Assembly (NCBI GenBank): GCA_965240325.2
Contig: OZ251232.1
Coordinates: 248,001 to 312,000 of the forward strand
DNA: 64,000 bases
Reading direction: 5' to 3'
DNA from: Rebecca billardiae RCC1528
Taxonomy: Eukaryota; Protista; Haptophyta
Part shown: positions 12,301 to 23,562 of the stretch, piece after piece
How positions within the stretch are numbered: the first letter of the stretch is position 1
How the letters are laid out: every line of letters begins with the position of its first letter
Made by a program: the position numbers and the translations under genes
The notes under the pieces: model-generated
Told to the model about the DNA's origin: nothing
The model's input: the letters and a program-made list of their open reading frames with translations, nothing else
The model's database searches: none

Positions 12301-13091
12301 GACACGTAGCCGTCGCCGTGCGCGCGCTGGCACGCGGACAGCACCTCGACCATGTACCGCCCCTTGCGCGCGAGCTCGCCGGCGGGCTCGATGGCGGCGT
12401 GCATCGCGAGCGCCGAGAGGAAGTGCCCGACGAAGTGCCCGCGGATCCCCGACGACGGCGCCTCCCACCCGCCGTACGGCCGCACGCGGCCTTTGCCCGC
12501 CGGCTGCTCGAGCCCGTGGTGCTGCCGGAACGAGTACAGCGCGCGGTCGGCGTCGAGCGAGCGGAGGAAGGCGGCGTTGGTCTCGAACGCGGCGTGGAAG
12601 CGCGAGCCCGGGAGCAGGCGCACGTCCCCCAGCCCGAACGTGCGCAGCGGCAGCTCCACCTCGCGCAGCTCGCGCGGCGGCTCGAGCTTGGCGGCGGCGA
12701 CGTCGCGCTTCTTCAGGTTCCGCCCGTTGGGGAACCACGCCCAGATGAGCGGGCCGGCGTACTCGGGGCAGCTGAGCGTCGTGCGCTCCATCGGCGCGCC
12801 GAGCGCGCGCGACGGCTGCGCGCGCTGCGCGAGCGCCGCCGCCGCCGCCGCCGCGTCCGCGGCGGGCGCGGGCGCGGCGTCGTCCGCCTCGTCGACGTGC
12901 CGCATCACGCCCTCCTGCGAGGTGACGATGGCGGGCGGCGCGGCCTCGACGGCGTAGCGCTGGCGGAGCAAGCGCGGGATGCTCATGATCGAGAGCGCGG
13001 CGAGCGCGATGGCGGCGGCGAGCGCGAGCGCGAGCAGCGTGGGGCGCAGCCCCGACTGCTGGTGCCGGCGGGTGGACCGAGGCGACGCCAT
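9336..13091 (-). CDS. Glycoside hydrolase, GH127/GH146 (DUF1680, beta-L-arabinofuranosidase-like), N-terminal signal anchor
   Basis: Motifs YGGWE, GHFVGHFLSA, YYTMHKVLQGLLD, EVGGM, HANTH, TGG, ESCVTHN, YEERAL.N, FWCCMGSG.E, RVPSW and YGPLVLA; hydrophobic stretch at residues ~18-38. Confidence 0.9.
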   Translation of the reverse strand: MASPRSTRRHQQSGLRPTLLALALAAAIALAALSIMSIPRLLRQRYAVEAAPPAIVTSQEGVMRHVDEADDAAPAPAADAAAAAAALAQRAQPSRALGAPMERTTLSCPEYAGPLIWAWFPNGRNLKKRDVAAAKLEPPRELREVELPLRTFGLGDVRLLPGSRFHAAFETNAAFLRSLDADRALYSFRQHHGLEQPAGKGRVRPYGGWEAPSSGIRGHFVGHFLSALAMHAAIEPAGELARKGRYMVEVLSACQRAHGDGYVSAFPEGELGKHEDHCSTNGCTWVAYYTMHKVLQGLLDQHALARDPTALEVASGLGGYLCARVSRAVAARGLEYWLEGLSLEVGGMAEALIELASRTRNATWLPCAALFERPCFAQPLALAGRVAADVAAAGGGGGAAGGALASVTLGAAGTPLADARTAVRSAIEGKHANTHLPVALGAMRMYEATSSGLWAAVGEALWAELNSSHTFATGGSTFGEVWRRAGAQGEVLAHAHGHSLAAHEHHESCVTHNQMRLSRKLMAWRAPPAPADGGGGGLGGGDEGGGVFGAVLAHAEYEERALLNAVLGTLRGTEPGAMLYMFPMGGGVSKAGIPNPPQCHHWSDTEHHFWCCMGSGVEAFSRLGELPFLAHGAHALLALQYVPARLSWRTPAGAWDVSLEGGDVGAARPGERVAVRLSAALAAAAATGGGGGGSSARVRVRVPSWAVGPRLAIGTAPPRVVRPNSLATVELTAGGAGGAARIVAAAELTMGATLRAERAKDERAAYAPLHALLYGPLVLATLTTGARALRVDPPGAPAALAPAPDSAAGAGAPPAGAGAGSSGWGWVHPVPAAARAELRTLRLLTAVPGVDGASGSGPGPLLLHGGEGRAVVIAARPSVPSNHTRVGGADALHAATFRLTRAPAVQQLRAGALGPAGLSSERAPQPYAAPADGERVALESFDRPGCVLSAHSYSAAEWVAAASRQRADQGCLVRQYEPPQLWIVHTDGTRNYVPHADGRCKAKATPVTNVAAYPKRDGADDVFALDHSQCAAACRAARGCELGSDGLVAPSSFAASGSEGSQARPPQQDDAPKQAAASYTAIELRPAGDDSGDASWWVVRARGAGGGVAFESAAHPGRFLAVQPVRPPPGARAGASAVHRDARALDLRLVLHDPSQPDGASPAGAAGAASGAALPAAFALDPPLAEYPPLAFWLANVPQRPAPLPPPGAALAGEPRALLAYALNEVIDEHYAPYVCLLGRASTGDAPKFCT

Positions 13092-13170
13092 TCGTCGCGG
13101 CGAGTCGTCTGCTTTCGACGTTTCCGGTTTTAGGGTGGCCCAAATACACCGTTACCAGACGGGATCGACG

Positions 13171-14085
13171 ATGTCGTCTTCCTCCGCCGGCCGCGGCGGT
13201 GGCGGCGTGAGCGGCGCCTCGCCAAAGTCCGCGCCGTCCCCGTCGTCGCGCCGCGCGAGCGGCTCGCTGGCTGGCCCAGCCGCCCCGCCCGAGCAGAGCA
13301 TCCGCTACGCGACGCGCGTGCCGCGCACCGCCTTCATCGACACGTACCACACGGGCACCGCGCCGCTCAAGAAGAACTGGTCCTACTACAAGCGGACGGG
13401 CAACGTGTGGGAGGACGTGGACCATATCCCGCCCGCCAGGCTGAAGATGTTTCTGCGCCCAGACCTCGGCTACGCCGCCGCGCAGGCCATCAACAAGCGG
13501 TACGAGCAGGAGCAGGCGCTGGCAGACATGCGCTCGTGGGCACACGCGATGCACCGCGCGCGCCAGCGGCAGCGGCTGGCGCAGCAGCGCGAGCTGCGCG
13601 AGCAGATGGAGGAGTACGTTGGGATCCGACGACCGCAGCAGAGCGGCAGTTCGCCATCGCGCGCCTCCAGCGGCGGCGCCTCAGGGTACGCCCCGGCAGC
13701 GCGCAGCCGCGCGCCTCGCGCCGCACGCGGCCGCGCGCCCGAGCGCACGCGCAGCCGCTGACTCGCCCCACGCGGCGCGCCCGGCGTGGGTGGCGCCCTC
13801 CCGCGCAGCGTGGTGCCGCTCCCGCAGTCGCTCGTCGCGCAGGCACACCGCACCGAGGAGGAGCTCAAGCCGCGCACGCTCGAGGACGCGCACCTGCACG
13901 GCCCAGGCTTCGACCCCCTGCGCTCGGGGCTGGAGCACCTCTTCTTCCCGAGGCACGGGTACGCGGCTGACGAGCCGTTCGTGCAGGTGGGGCGGTACAC
14001 GCCCAAGCGGCTCGGCGAGCGCCCGCCGCCCGGCGCGCCGGGTGCCGCGCGGGCAGAGACCCTGAACCTGTCGAACACAGCCTGA
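13171..14085 (+). CDS. Hypothetical protein, 2 exons (13171-13685, 13809-14085)
   Basis: ATG at 13171. A GT..CAG intron at 13686-13808 with a CTGAC branch-like motif joins ORFs 12979..13761 and 13786..14085 in frame (GG|C = Gly). Codon usage is protein-like, with a coiled-coil segment. Confidence 0.65.
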
Positions 14086-14276
14086 GGACGGCGCAGATCA
14101 TACCCGTTATTCGGCCTGGCGTCGGGCGCGGCGCGGCTCCGCGGGCCCGCGGCGCTGCCATACTCTCGGGCCGAGCAGACTCGGGCACTTACAGCACTCA
14201 TACTCCATAGTGAATTGCCTGTTCGCCCCGAGGGCGAGAGTGTTCAGACACGGCGTTATGTGACCTGCTTGGCCAT

Positions 14277-16986
14277 CGCTGCGTTCCTGAGCCCCAGCGC
14301 CAGAATTACGCGAGAATAAAGCCGCGCAATTGTTCACATACGAAGAATCGCATTTTCAGCGCACCCGCATCGGTTGGCGGTCTTCGATTGATGAGCGAAC
14401 GAGCCCAAAGCCGTGCTATGCGGGCGAGGCAGATCGCGAGAGATTGCCACCGAGGGTTCAAGAGGCCAAGACGAGAGTGTGTCGCCGGTCGTCGGCGGGC
14501 GGCAGGGCTTCGAACGCAGCCCGGCCAGGCCAGGCCGCCAGAGAGTCTCTGCGACATTGGCGTGGCTGAGGAGCTCTCGCGCGGGTCCAGGGACATCAGC
14601 GCTTAGTGTCAGCCGCGTGCACACCTTCGTAGGTCCACATTGGGCGTCGCCCTTTGCTTGCACACGCGCGTGCGCACCTGGTCCTCTTCTGCGGCTAATG
14701 CGCACTCCGCAATCATTGCTCCTGATGCTGATCGTGCAGGTGCGGGCGGGGGGGGGCGAGCCTGCCAGCAGTCGGCGTGCGATGTACGGCGAGTCGCATG
14801 TTTCCTATTCGACCCCGATAGCGGCCACTCGAGCTCTTTCCTCGCCGTCGGACACTCTGTGCCCGCGCGCCTACAGAGGTCACGGCCCAGATCCGCAGAA
14901 AGCTGCCGCCAGTTCACATCCTCACGTTGTGCCTTCGATCGGCTTGGCGTGCAGTGTCAACAAGCGGTGTGCAGTACTCGTAAGGTCACGCACCAGCTGC
15001 AAGCACACCTTCGGAGCCCCAGGCTGGCTCCGGGGGCTGCACGCGAGCGCACGCAATGCTGCTCGGGCAGTGACACGCTGCGCTGGGAGTCCGTGAGCGG
15101 GTCTCTACGCAGGCTCGATGGAGTACCGCTGTACCGCCCGTACCGCCTTGGCCGGCGCCCGCGGCTCGACTCGCTGACTAACTCTGACAATCCAGTCGGC
15201 TCGACCGCTGCCAGTGCGCGGGCGCTCGTAATCTGCGACTCAGACTGGAGGCGTAGCCGGTTCAGCCGTCGGCGTGTTGCCGGCGCACGCCCGCCGGGCC
15301 CAGTCACTGCAACATTTACTACGGAGCCTCGGTACGTACCGGGCGCGGGGCTTTATAAGACTACTGCTCATCACTCGATACTGCGGACCGTCCGCACTAT
15401 TCACTAACGGGCACGCGGCTTTTTGAAGGTTCCGTTGCCCCGTCTGTCCGTGCGCGCGCAGCTGACAATGCTGACACTTGACAGCCGTAATAACCGTTTC
15501 GGTTTATAATATATGCGCACTGAATACTGATGATGCAGCAGTCAGCACGCGGACCCAAGGTGAGTCACGCTATACGCGGCATGCTGCGATAAGTGCATGA
15601 TGACGACTATACCGTAGTGACGACCGTGTCTGTGATCGAATATCATCCTGACTCCGGCGGCACGTTTGAGTCGATGAGCGCTGCCACGGCCGCCGCGGCG
15701 CGAGCGGGTCGCCCCGAGCCGGCAGAGCAGCACCGCCACTGGTCCAGAGGGCAGCGGCACTGAGCCGTCGTGCTATGTGACCCGGGGCCTTACCGTCTTA
15801 GGCCAGGCCTCGGCGTGGGCAGAGGCGGCCCAGGCCCTGTGGGCCGGCAGGCCCAGGCCCAGCGGCGAGCGAGTGTTGCTCGGAGCCGCGCCGTCCAGTG
15901 TCCGAGACAGCGCGTGGCCCGGTCAACGAGTGCGTCGTGACTGCGCCAGGCGCCGCGCCACGTCTGCGACACAGAGCCAAGCACTGCCACTGACGACTGC
16001 CGCCGTGCCGACGCATCCACACATCCAAGTCAGTAGGGCTTTGCCATGCCGCACGTACAACGGTGCCCACGGATGAGCGTGAGATCCTGTCTAATGAGCC
16101 ATGAGCATCGACGTGTGATGCAGGCATGCAGCACGTCCGGTGGCGGGTAGCTGCGGCACGCGGCGGCGGCGGTCATGAGGAGTATGCTCGTTGCCACCGA
16201 CCGCAGTATCGCTGTAATCGCTGTGGCCCATCCTCTGCACTGCAGAGGTGAAGAGCGACTGAGCAAGCCATGCCGACTTGCCGCACCGTCGTGCAGCTGC
16301 CGGCACGCGCGCGCTGTCACGAGGGCACGGAGGCTGTCGAGAGCAGCGCGGTGGGCAGCATCGAAGACAACTCAAAGTGGGCCCGGGATGCCCACCTGAG
16401 TGGTGGCTGAACCTTCAAATCGCGCCCTTCGATCACCAACTTGTCGGCGGCGCTGGCAAGTTGTCGGGCCACGCGCGGCACGGATGATGAACGGCGCGGG
16501 CGTGGCAGGCAGAAACAACAGGAGCTGCCGGGACTGCGTCGGCCGCGCCTGCCCGCAGTCGTATCGAGCGAGGCTACGCGCACTCAAACATCCCCTAGTC
16601 CGTGCACGAGCGTTGTTCGCCATCGACCTCGTACTAGTGTGCCGGGGAGGCGTCGCCTGTCGTCACTCGCTCGTAGATCGTCCGCCGACGAAGGGTCTAG
16701 GAGCGTTGAGGGCCTGCAGGATCAACCGATGGAGAGATGCTGCTGTGTATCCTCACAAAAGCGACGCTTCGGGGCAGATGTTCGAGAGATCGGACGATCA
16801 AGCGAAAGTCATAGGTTGCAATTTTGGGCCCACTACGGCGAGACTTACTCACGTCATTAACAGAAGGTTACCCGCTGCTCAACTTTCGGCCCCCTTCAGC
16901 GACGTCTCGACCAATGGCGCGCGTGGGAGGAAAGAAAGGTTCTCTGATCTCGCGTAATTCTGGCGCTGCGGCTCAGGAACGCAGCG
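14277..16986. mobile_element. Putative 2.7-kb non-autonomous element bounded by 39-bp inverted repeats
   Basis: CGCTGCGTTCCTGAGCCCCAGCGCCAGAATTACGCGAGA (14277-14315) matches its reverse complement at 16948-16986 with 1 mismatch. It extends with a gap to GGCCATC/GATGGCC (14271/16995). No TSD or intact ORF seen. Confidence 0.5.
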
Positions 16987-17425
16987 TTGATGGCCCGGCG
17001 GCGCGGAGCCTTGATACCCCCGCACTGTCATCAATGGTGACACCGCATAGCGGCATAGCCGCCCGAGCCGGCATACTCGGACCGTGCTTTTGAAAAGGCT
17101 TTTGCCTTTTTAGTCTACGGACACGGTACCGTAGTAGCTGTACTCGGTCGCAGCGCATCAGCATCCATGACCATCGCATCAGATCTGTCGGTACCTGCTA
17201 GGCTGACGAGTCTCACTCTCACACCTACTCAAACCACTGATTCCAGTATGACAAGTCACATCGCCAGTAACTACGGCGAGGTCCCGACCGGCGCAGTCTG
17301 CAGACCCGGACCTACGCCCCGGACACCCCCCCCCCGCTCGGTGGGGGTTGATCCGGTACGGTCGGCTGCAGACTGCCGACCGGCGCCCTCCGACGAGAAC
17401 TCCGGACCGCCGCGTCTGCACTCTA

Positions 17426-20400
17426 CAGTCCGGGTCAAGTGCACGCTTCGCGAGATCTGAGCCTCGCGATGGCGTCGGCCGGGATGCGGCCCCGCAGCCG
17501 ACGCCCCTCGGCGGAGGGGGCGCGGCGCGGCGGCGCGAGCGAGGAGGCGGCGGCGAGGTGCGCGCCTGCACGCACCGGTCGTGTGTGGCCCTGCTCCGCG
17601 CCTCCGCGGCCAAGCAGCTGCACTCCCTCGCCCGCCCGCCCGCTCGCGCGTGTGGCGTGCGCGCGCGGGGCGGCCGCGCACCCTCGCGGGGTCGCGCGCG
17701 CGTGGCACGGCCGAGGGCGGCCAGGCGGGCGCCGCGCGCGGGGGGCGTGCGTATGACCCCAAGAGCCATCGCGCGCGCCCGGGCCACCGAGCCGGATACG
17801 GCCGCGTTGCGATTTCCGCAACCGCCAGACACGCGCGTGCTCAGAACGGCGCCCCGCGGCCCCGCGCGCGCGCGCGACGCGCGCGCAGGGCGAGGGAGCG
17901 CCGCAGGGGCTGTTTCTGGCGCGGGCAAAGAGGGGCAGGTACAGCTGACTGCCACCATCTCTTCTGACCTGGTCAGAGAGCGGCTGGCTGCCAGCCGACG
18001 TGATCTGTGTGTCTGTCCGTGCGCCGCCGGCCGGCGCGAACAGAGTGCGCACAGCCGAACTCGTACTCGTGAGCACGTCCCTCCCACTGGGAGGCGCTCT
18101 CGTTCGGAGGGAGGTGCTCTCGTCTGACGACACCACCTCCCTCCGCTGGCGCCGCCCGTTTGACGCTGGTCGGGATGGCCGCGTGCGTGCGCAGCGCCCG
18201 CCTCGCGTCGCGCGTCCCTAGTGCAGAGCGCGCGCTTGGCCGCGCGCGACGCGGCGGAGTCGAGTCTGACATGCCCCTGGCCCTCCTGGCGCCGCGCAAC
18301 GCCGCCCATCGCCGCTCTCACGTGCATGCCTGCCGCGCACGGCTTGGGCTTGTCAGCACAGGCTGGCGGCGGCGCGCCGGGCCAAGGGCTCGGCCAGTGT
18401 TGCGCCCCTCGGCCAGGCCGAGACTTGGCGGAGGCGTGGGTAGTGCCATCGCCCGCCCGGATCCCGGGCCTCGCCGTCAGAGTGTGCACGCGAGGCGTGC
18501 TGTCGTGGTCGACAGGTGAGGCGGTGCGCGCTCGCCCTCGAGCAGGCAGCGGACGTACCGGCAGGCGCGCCACACAGCGGGGCTGTCGAGCTGCTTCCGG
18601 CTGGGTAGATCGACGGTGCATGCATGCCCCGGTCGGAGGCGTGCGCGGGTTCGGAGGCTGGTGAATGCTCGGCAGCGGATCCACGTGTCTTGCCGGGCAC
18701 GGCAGCGCGACAGCTCGGCAACCAGTATCGAGGACGCGCGCCATCAGAGCGCTGGCCGGCGTGCTGGCAGGCTCAAACGCCGGGCCGATGCCTGCGCCTT
18801 GGCCGGGACGTAGACTGCTGCGGGCGGTGGCTCAGTGATGGTGGAGACCGGTGGCTGGCTCGGTGGACGGTTCGGCGGCCCGACGAAGACGGGCTGTGAG
18901 ACGGCTGAGGCGGCGGCGCGGCGGCGGGATCGCCGCGTCACTGTCGCTCTCGGTCAGAGCTTTGCGGTGACACAGCGCGGCCAAGCTCTGGGTGTTGGTG
19001 CTGACGCTGCCATGTTGTCGCACGGGCCACCCGCTTGGCTCTGGCTCACCGATGCCCGGACATGCTGAAGCAGGGCTCTGCGGGATGGCTGCGTCACCTC
19101 AGTAAGGCTGAGTCCGTGAGAGGGATGGTCGTCGCTGCCCAGTCTGGTCGAGTTTGATGAACTGACTTAGACTATTACTCGGGCGCCTCCAACATTCGGA
19201 TGCGGCAATATTATAAGCATCATGAGCCTCAGGTAGGCAGTCTCAGGTCGCGTGTCGTCAGGAGCAGGCCCCGGGCGCGCTGGCCGGGCACTCGCAGCCG
19301 AAGGACCGCAATCTATCAAGGATTGATTGCCAAGTCGTCAGCCGACTGTGAAGCTGAGCCTGAGGATGCTGCCCGCTGCCGGGCCGCGAGACGATCGAAT
19401 AAAAATAATGATATTATGACGATGACGCGACGATAGTGATGCAGCCGCGATAGTAGACGGCTACTATACGGTTGTCGTTACGTGACTGCTAATATGCAAC
19501 ATGCGGCGTCAGCTCCTGCTGTGGAACTCGATCTACCAGATCGACCGCCTGGTGATGACGCCGATCGATCTCCCTCACGAACTCAGCCCTCCCGTGGTGA
19601 CGTAGGGAGTCCCGCGGAGCTACTCCGGCCAGGAGGCTTTGACCTTCAGACTCTTCCCACCGCCATCGCCAGCGCCGAACCAGCCATGCTGGCCGCCGCG
19701 CGAGCCCGCTGATCAAGCCCGCCTCTGCCGCTTCCGCCACCGAGCCCGCGTCCATCCCCACCACCCTCGCTGCCGCCCAGACTGCCCGGCCGTCTGCTTC
19801 TCTGGCCATCCGCCAAGCCGCAAGCGGCCCGTCGGCCGCGGGCCGTGGGTGGCGGGTCAGCTGCATACCGTCGCCGCTACCGAGCCCGTCGCCGAGCCCG
19901 CCACTGTCACCGCCTACGTCGCCGCCACCAAGCCCGCCGCCGAGCCCGCAACCGTCACTGCCTACATCTCCGCCACCAAGCCCTCTACCATCATCGCCGC
20001 CATCAGCACAGCCGCCGACCCGACCGCCGAGCTCGCTGCCGAGCCTGCCACCGTCACCGCCAGGTCAGAAGAGATGGTGGCAGTCAGCTGTACCTGCCCC
20101 TCTTTGCCCGCGCCAGAAACAGCCCCTGCGGCGCTCCCTCGCCCTGCGCGCGCGTCGCGCGCGCACGCGGGGCCGCGGGGCGCCGTTCTGAGCACGCGCG
20201 TGTCTGGCGGTTGCGGAAATCGCAACGCGGCCGTATCCGGCTCGGTGGCCCGGGCGCGCGCGATGGCTCTTGGGGTCATACGCACGCCCCCCGCGCGCGG
20301 CGCCCGCCTGGCCGCCCTCGGCCGTGCCACGCGCGCGCGACCCCGCGAGGGTGCGCGGCCGCCCCGCGCGCGCACGCCACACGCGCGAGCGGGCGGGCGG

Positions 20401-20606
20401 GCGAGGGAGTGCAGCTGCTTGGCCGCGGAGGCGCGGAGCAGGGCCACACACGACCGGTGCGTGCAGGCGCGCACCTCGTCGCCGCCTCCTCGCTCGCGCC
20501 GCCGCGCCGCGCCCCCTCCGCCGAGGGGCGTCGGCTGCGGGGCCGCATCCCGGCCGACGCCATCGCGAGGCTCAGATCTCGCGAAGCGTGCACTTGACCC
20601 GGACTG
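17426..20606. mobile_element. 3.2-kb non-autonomous TIR element with 547-bp TIRs, CTA flanking duplication and captured gene fragment
   Basis: 17426-17972 and 20060-20606 are inverted copies with about 2 visible substitutions. Termini read CAGTCCGGGTCAAG. CTA lies at 17423-17425 and 20607-20609. Confidence 0.88.
19660..20059 (+). pseudogene. Frameshifted Ser/Pro-rich (extensin/HRGP-like) gene fragment inside the TIR element
   Basis: From ~19871 it reads SPLPSPSPSPPLSPPTSPPPSPPPSPQPSLPTSPPPSPLPSSPP..., ending at the inner edge of the right TIR. Upstream Pro-rich pieces lie in other frames. Confidence 0.55.
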
Positions 20607-20659
20607 CTACTCGGCAGCCGGACCGAATGCCCACGCCGCGACGGCAGTCTTCGAAGACG

Positions 20660-23124
20660 ATGGCCGCTTCTGAGGCACGCCGTGTGGGGCCCCGCGTGGC
20701 ACGCGGCGCCTTCCTCAACTTCCGCTGGGGCCCGGGCGACGAGCTCTTCGTGTACGGTGATGTGCATCGCGAGCGCACCAAGCCGGCCCCGCTGAGCCCG
20801 CGCGCCGCCGGCGGCGCGCACGCGCTCCGCTTCGACGAGCTGGTCGGCGCGCGGCGCAAGCTGGCGTGCGGCCTCCATGCGACATTCATGCAGCTGCACG
20901 GCGCGATGCTCGAGTACGCGGAGGCGGCGGTGGGCGCCGAGCGGCCCTCGCTCGTCTACTTCTCCCGCGCGTACCGCTCGAGCGCGCGCAGCTGCGTCGA
21001 CGAGCTCGTGCGCGAGGAGGCGAGCGCGCGCTCGGCGGACAATGCCGAGCGCGCGGACGAGCTCGCGGCCGAGATCGAGCAGCACGAGTGGGCGGACTGC
21101 ATCCTGCACCTGTGCGAGATCTTCTTCCTCGAGCGCTCGCCCCACGTCACCGAGGCCCTCGCGCACTGGATGCAGCTGCACGTCAGCGAGCCGCCGCAGC
21201 TGGACGCGCTCAGCTCGGCGCTCGTGCCCGAGCAGCAGCCGGGCTACTGGCCGGCGGTGCAGCGGCTGCTGCTGCACGGCCGGCTGGCGGAGGCGCGGCA
21301 GCTGCTCGCGGCGCACACCGCGCTGCGCGCGCACCTCGCCCACGCCTCCGGCGGCGAGGGCGAGGTCCTCGCCCTCCTCGACCTGCTGCTCGAGAACTGC
21401 CCGACGCTCTCTGGCTCTGACGGCCTGCCCTCGTTCCGCGCCACGTGGCGCGTGTGGCAGGAGGATGCGGCGAGGCTGGAGAAGCGGCACGGCAAGGCGC
21501 TCTCGGACGGGGCGCTCGGCGCGCTGCGCATCCTCCGCGGCGACGAGCCCACGCTCGCCTCCCTCTGCCGCCAGTGGTACGAGCTCGTGCTCGCGCAGCT
21601 GCTGTACTGCCAGCCGCACCTGCGCCGCACCGAGCTCGAGCCGCTCGTCAACGCGGCCATCGCAGCGTACCCGGTGCGCGCGCGCGAGCCGTGCGGCGGT
21701 GCGCCGCGCCGCGTCGCCCCGCGCCGCGCGCTCACCCCGCCGCGCCCGCCGCGCGCCGCGCGCCGCCCGCCTCCCCACCGCCCGCGCGCGCGCGCCGCGT
21801 GCGCAGGCGGCGGAGTACAGCGCGCACGAGTACGTGCTGATGGCGGTGATGCTGGACGACCCCAAGCACGCGCTCGACAACGTGGCGGGCGCGTGCGGCC
21901 GCGGCTGGCTGCACTGCCACCTCGAGGGGCTCCTCTCGCACGCGGGCCAGGTGGAGCCGCGCCCGCCCGGCGCGCTGGGCTGCACCGACCACGAGCTGAG
22001 CGTGATCGAGTACGCGCGCTCGCTCGGCGGCTCGCGCGGGCTGTGGCAGCTGGGCGTCGATTACTTGCGCGCGCTGCCGTACGAGGTAGCGTGGCCGTGG
22101 GTGTGCGCGCTCGTGCGCGCCGAGGAGCCCGCGCCCGACGCGAAGGCCGAGCGGCTGCTGGACGTGTGCGCCGCGTGGCAGCTCGACGACGCAGCCGCCT
22201 CCGTCTGCACGCAGCTCGTGGCGCGCAAGCTGCGCGCCCGCATGCCCGCCGCCGCGCTCGGCTGGTTTGCGCGCACGCCCGAGCCGTGGCGCGTGCGCGC
22301 GCGGCACGACGCGATCGCGCGCGCCCTCGTCCGCGCGTGCGAGGACCCGGCTGCGCCGGGCGAGGACGGCAGCGCCGCGCCTCCGGCCAAGGCCCTCGCC
22401 CGCGCGCTCGCCGGGCTCGGCGGCACGGCCTCGCTCCGCTCCCTGCCAGAGTCGAGCTGGCTGGTGGGCTACTGCCAGCTGCGCGAGGGGCTCGAGCAGC
22501 TGGCGCAGCGCAAGGGGCTCACGGGAGCGCACGCGGCCGCGCGCGCCGCCGGGCACGGCGCGGGCGGCGGCATGGACGTGGACGGCGCCGCCGCGGCGCC
22601 GCCCGTGCCCGCTGCGCCGGCGGAGGCGGCGGCGCTCGAGGCGGAGGTCCGCCGCCTTCTGCTCGAGCTCTGCGCGGCCAGCCCGGCGCACGGCGCGGCC
22701 GGGGCGAGCGCGCTGCCGCAGCGCGTGCAGTCGCAGCTGCTGCTCGAGGCGCACGCCGCGGGCATGCTCGAGGTGAGCCGCAGCGTGGGCCGCCGCGCCG
22801 GCGCACCGTGCGCGACGGGCAAGACAGCGCGCGCCTCGCCCGCACTGCCTCCCCCCCCCCACACGCGCGCGCTCGCCCCCTGCCCCTCCGCACCGGCGTG
22901 TGCGCGCGCAGCCGCGCCCCGCGCAGCCGGGCGGCTCGGTCGGCCTCGCGATGGACGAGGTGTACGCACTGATCGGCTGCGTGCACGGCCTGCACGCGCA
23001 CGACGACAGCGCACAACAGCCAAGCGGCGCGCTGCAGCCGGTGAGCCGCGCGCTGTGCTCCGCCCTCGCCACGGTGATCCTCGAACGGCCGCAGGACGAC
23101 GCGAGCGGCTGGGCCGCCATCTGA
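20660..23124 (+). CDS. NUP85: Nucleoporin Nup85 (Y-complex), 3 exons (20660-21673, 21807-22772, ~22927-23124)
   Basis: Motifs FRWGPG, SRAYRS...C, LHLCEIFFLE, YW..V.RLLLHG..AR.LL, F..W..W, LRILRGD...L...C..WYE.VLA.LLY..P, LWQLGVDYL and EVYALIGC. In-frame GT-AG introns at 21674-21806 and 22773-22926 (alternative acceptor at 22911). Confidence 0.88.
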
Positions 23125-23493
23125 GGCGCGGCCTCGCACGAGGCGGGGCGCCTGCTGAGGCCTGGGGCTCCGGGGACGCGAGCTGCGTGGCCGAGAGTGA
23201 CCACAGTGTGCTCACACTGTATTGGTGACGACTGCTGATGAACCGGCTTCTGCTGCTCCGACGACTCGTCGCATCGGCATCATCGACGCACATCCGTTGC
23301 CGCCATCCGATGTCCAGCATCCCGGTGCTGATCGCGGTCGTTCGTTCACGGCAATCGCGGCTCATCGGCTGGTCTGACTCATTCTATGACGATTTGACGA
23401 CACAGGTAGGACGGCGCAGGTCTCCTGATTCGTCGTCGGCAGTGCCGCCCGATCGTCGTCGACACAAAGAGTCGGCGCTGACACAGTGGCAGA

Positions 23494-23562
23494 GCATATA
23501 TATATAGCGCAGATATATACATATATATAGCGCATATATATGCGCTATATATATATATATAT
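23494..23562. repeat. Degenerate (TA)n tract with internal palindrome
   Basis: TATATATAGCGCATATATATGCGCTATATATA within a TA-rich run. Confidence 0.7.

Noticed and set aside
17093-17118. AAAAGGC-TTTTT-GCCTTTT hairpin as a Helitron 3' end or terminator
   Set aside because: There is no CTRR at the expected position and no 5' end, and the context is eukaryotic.
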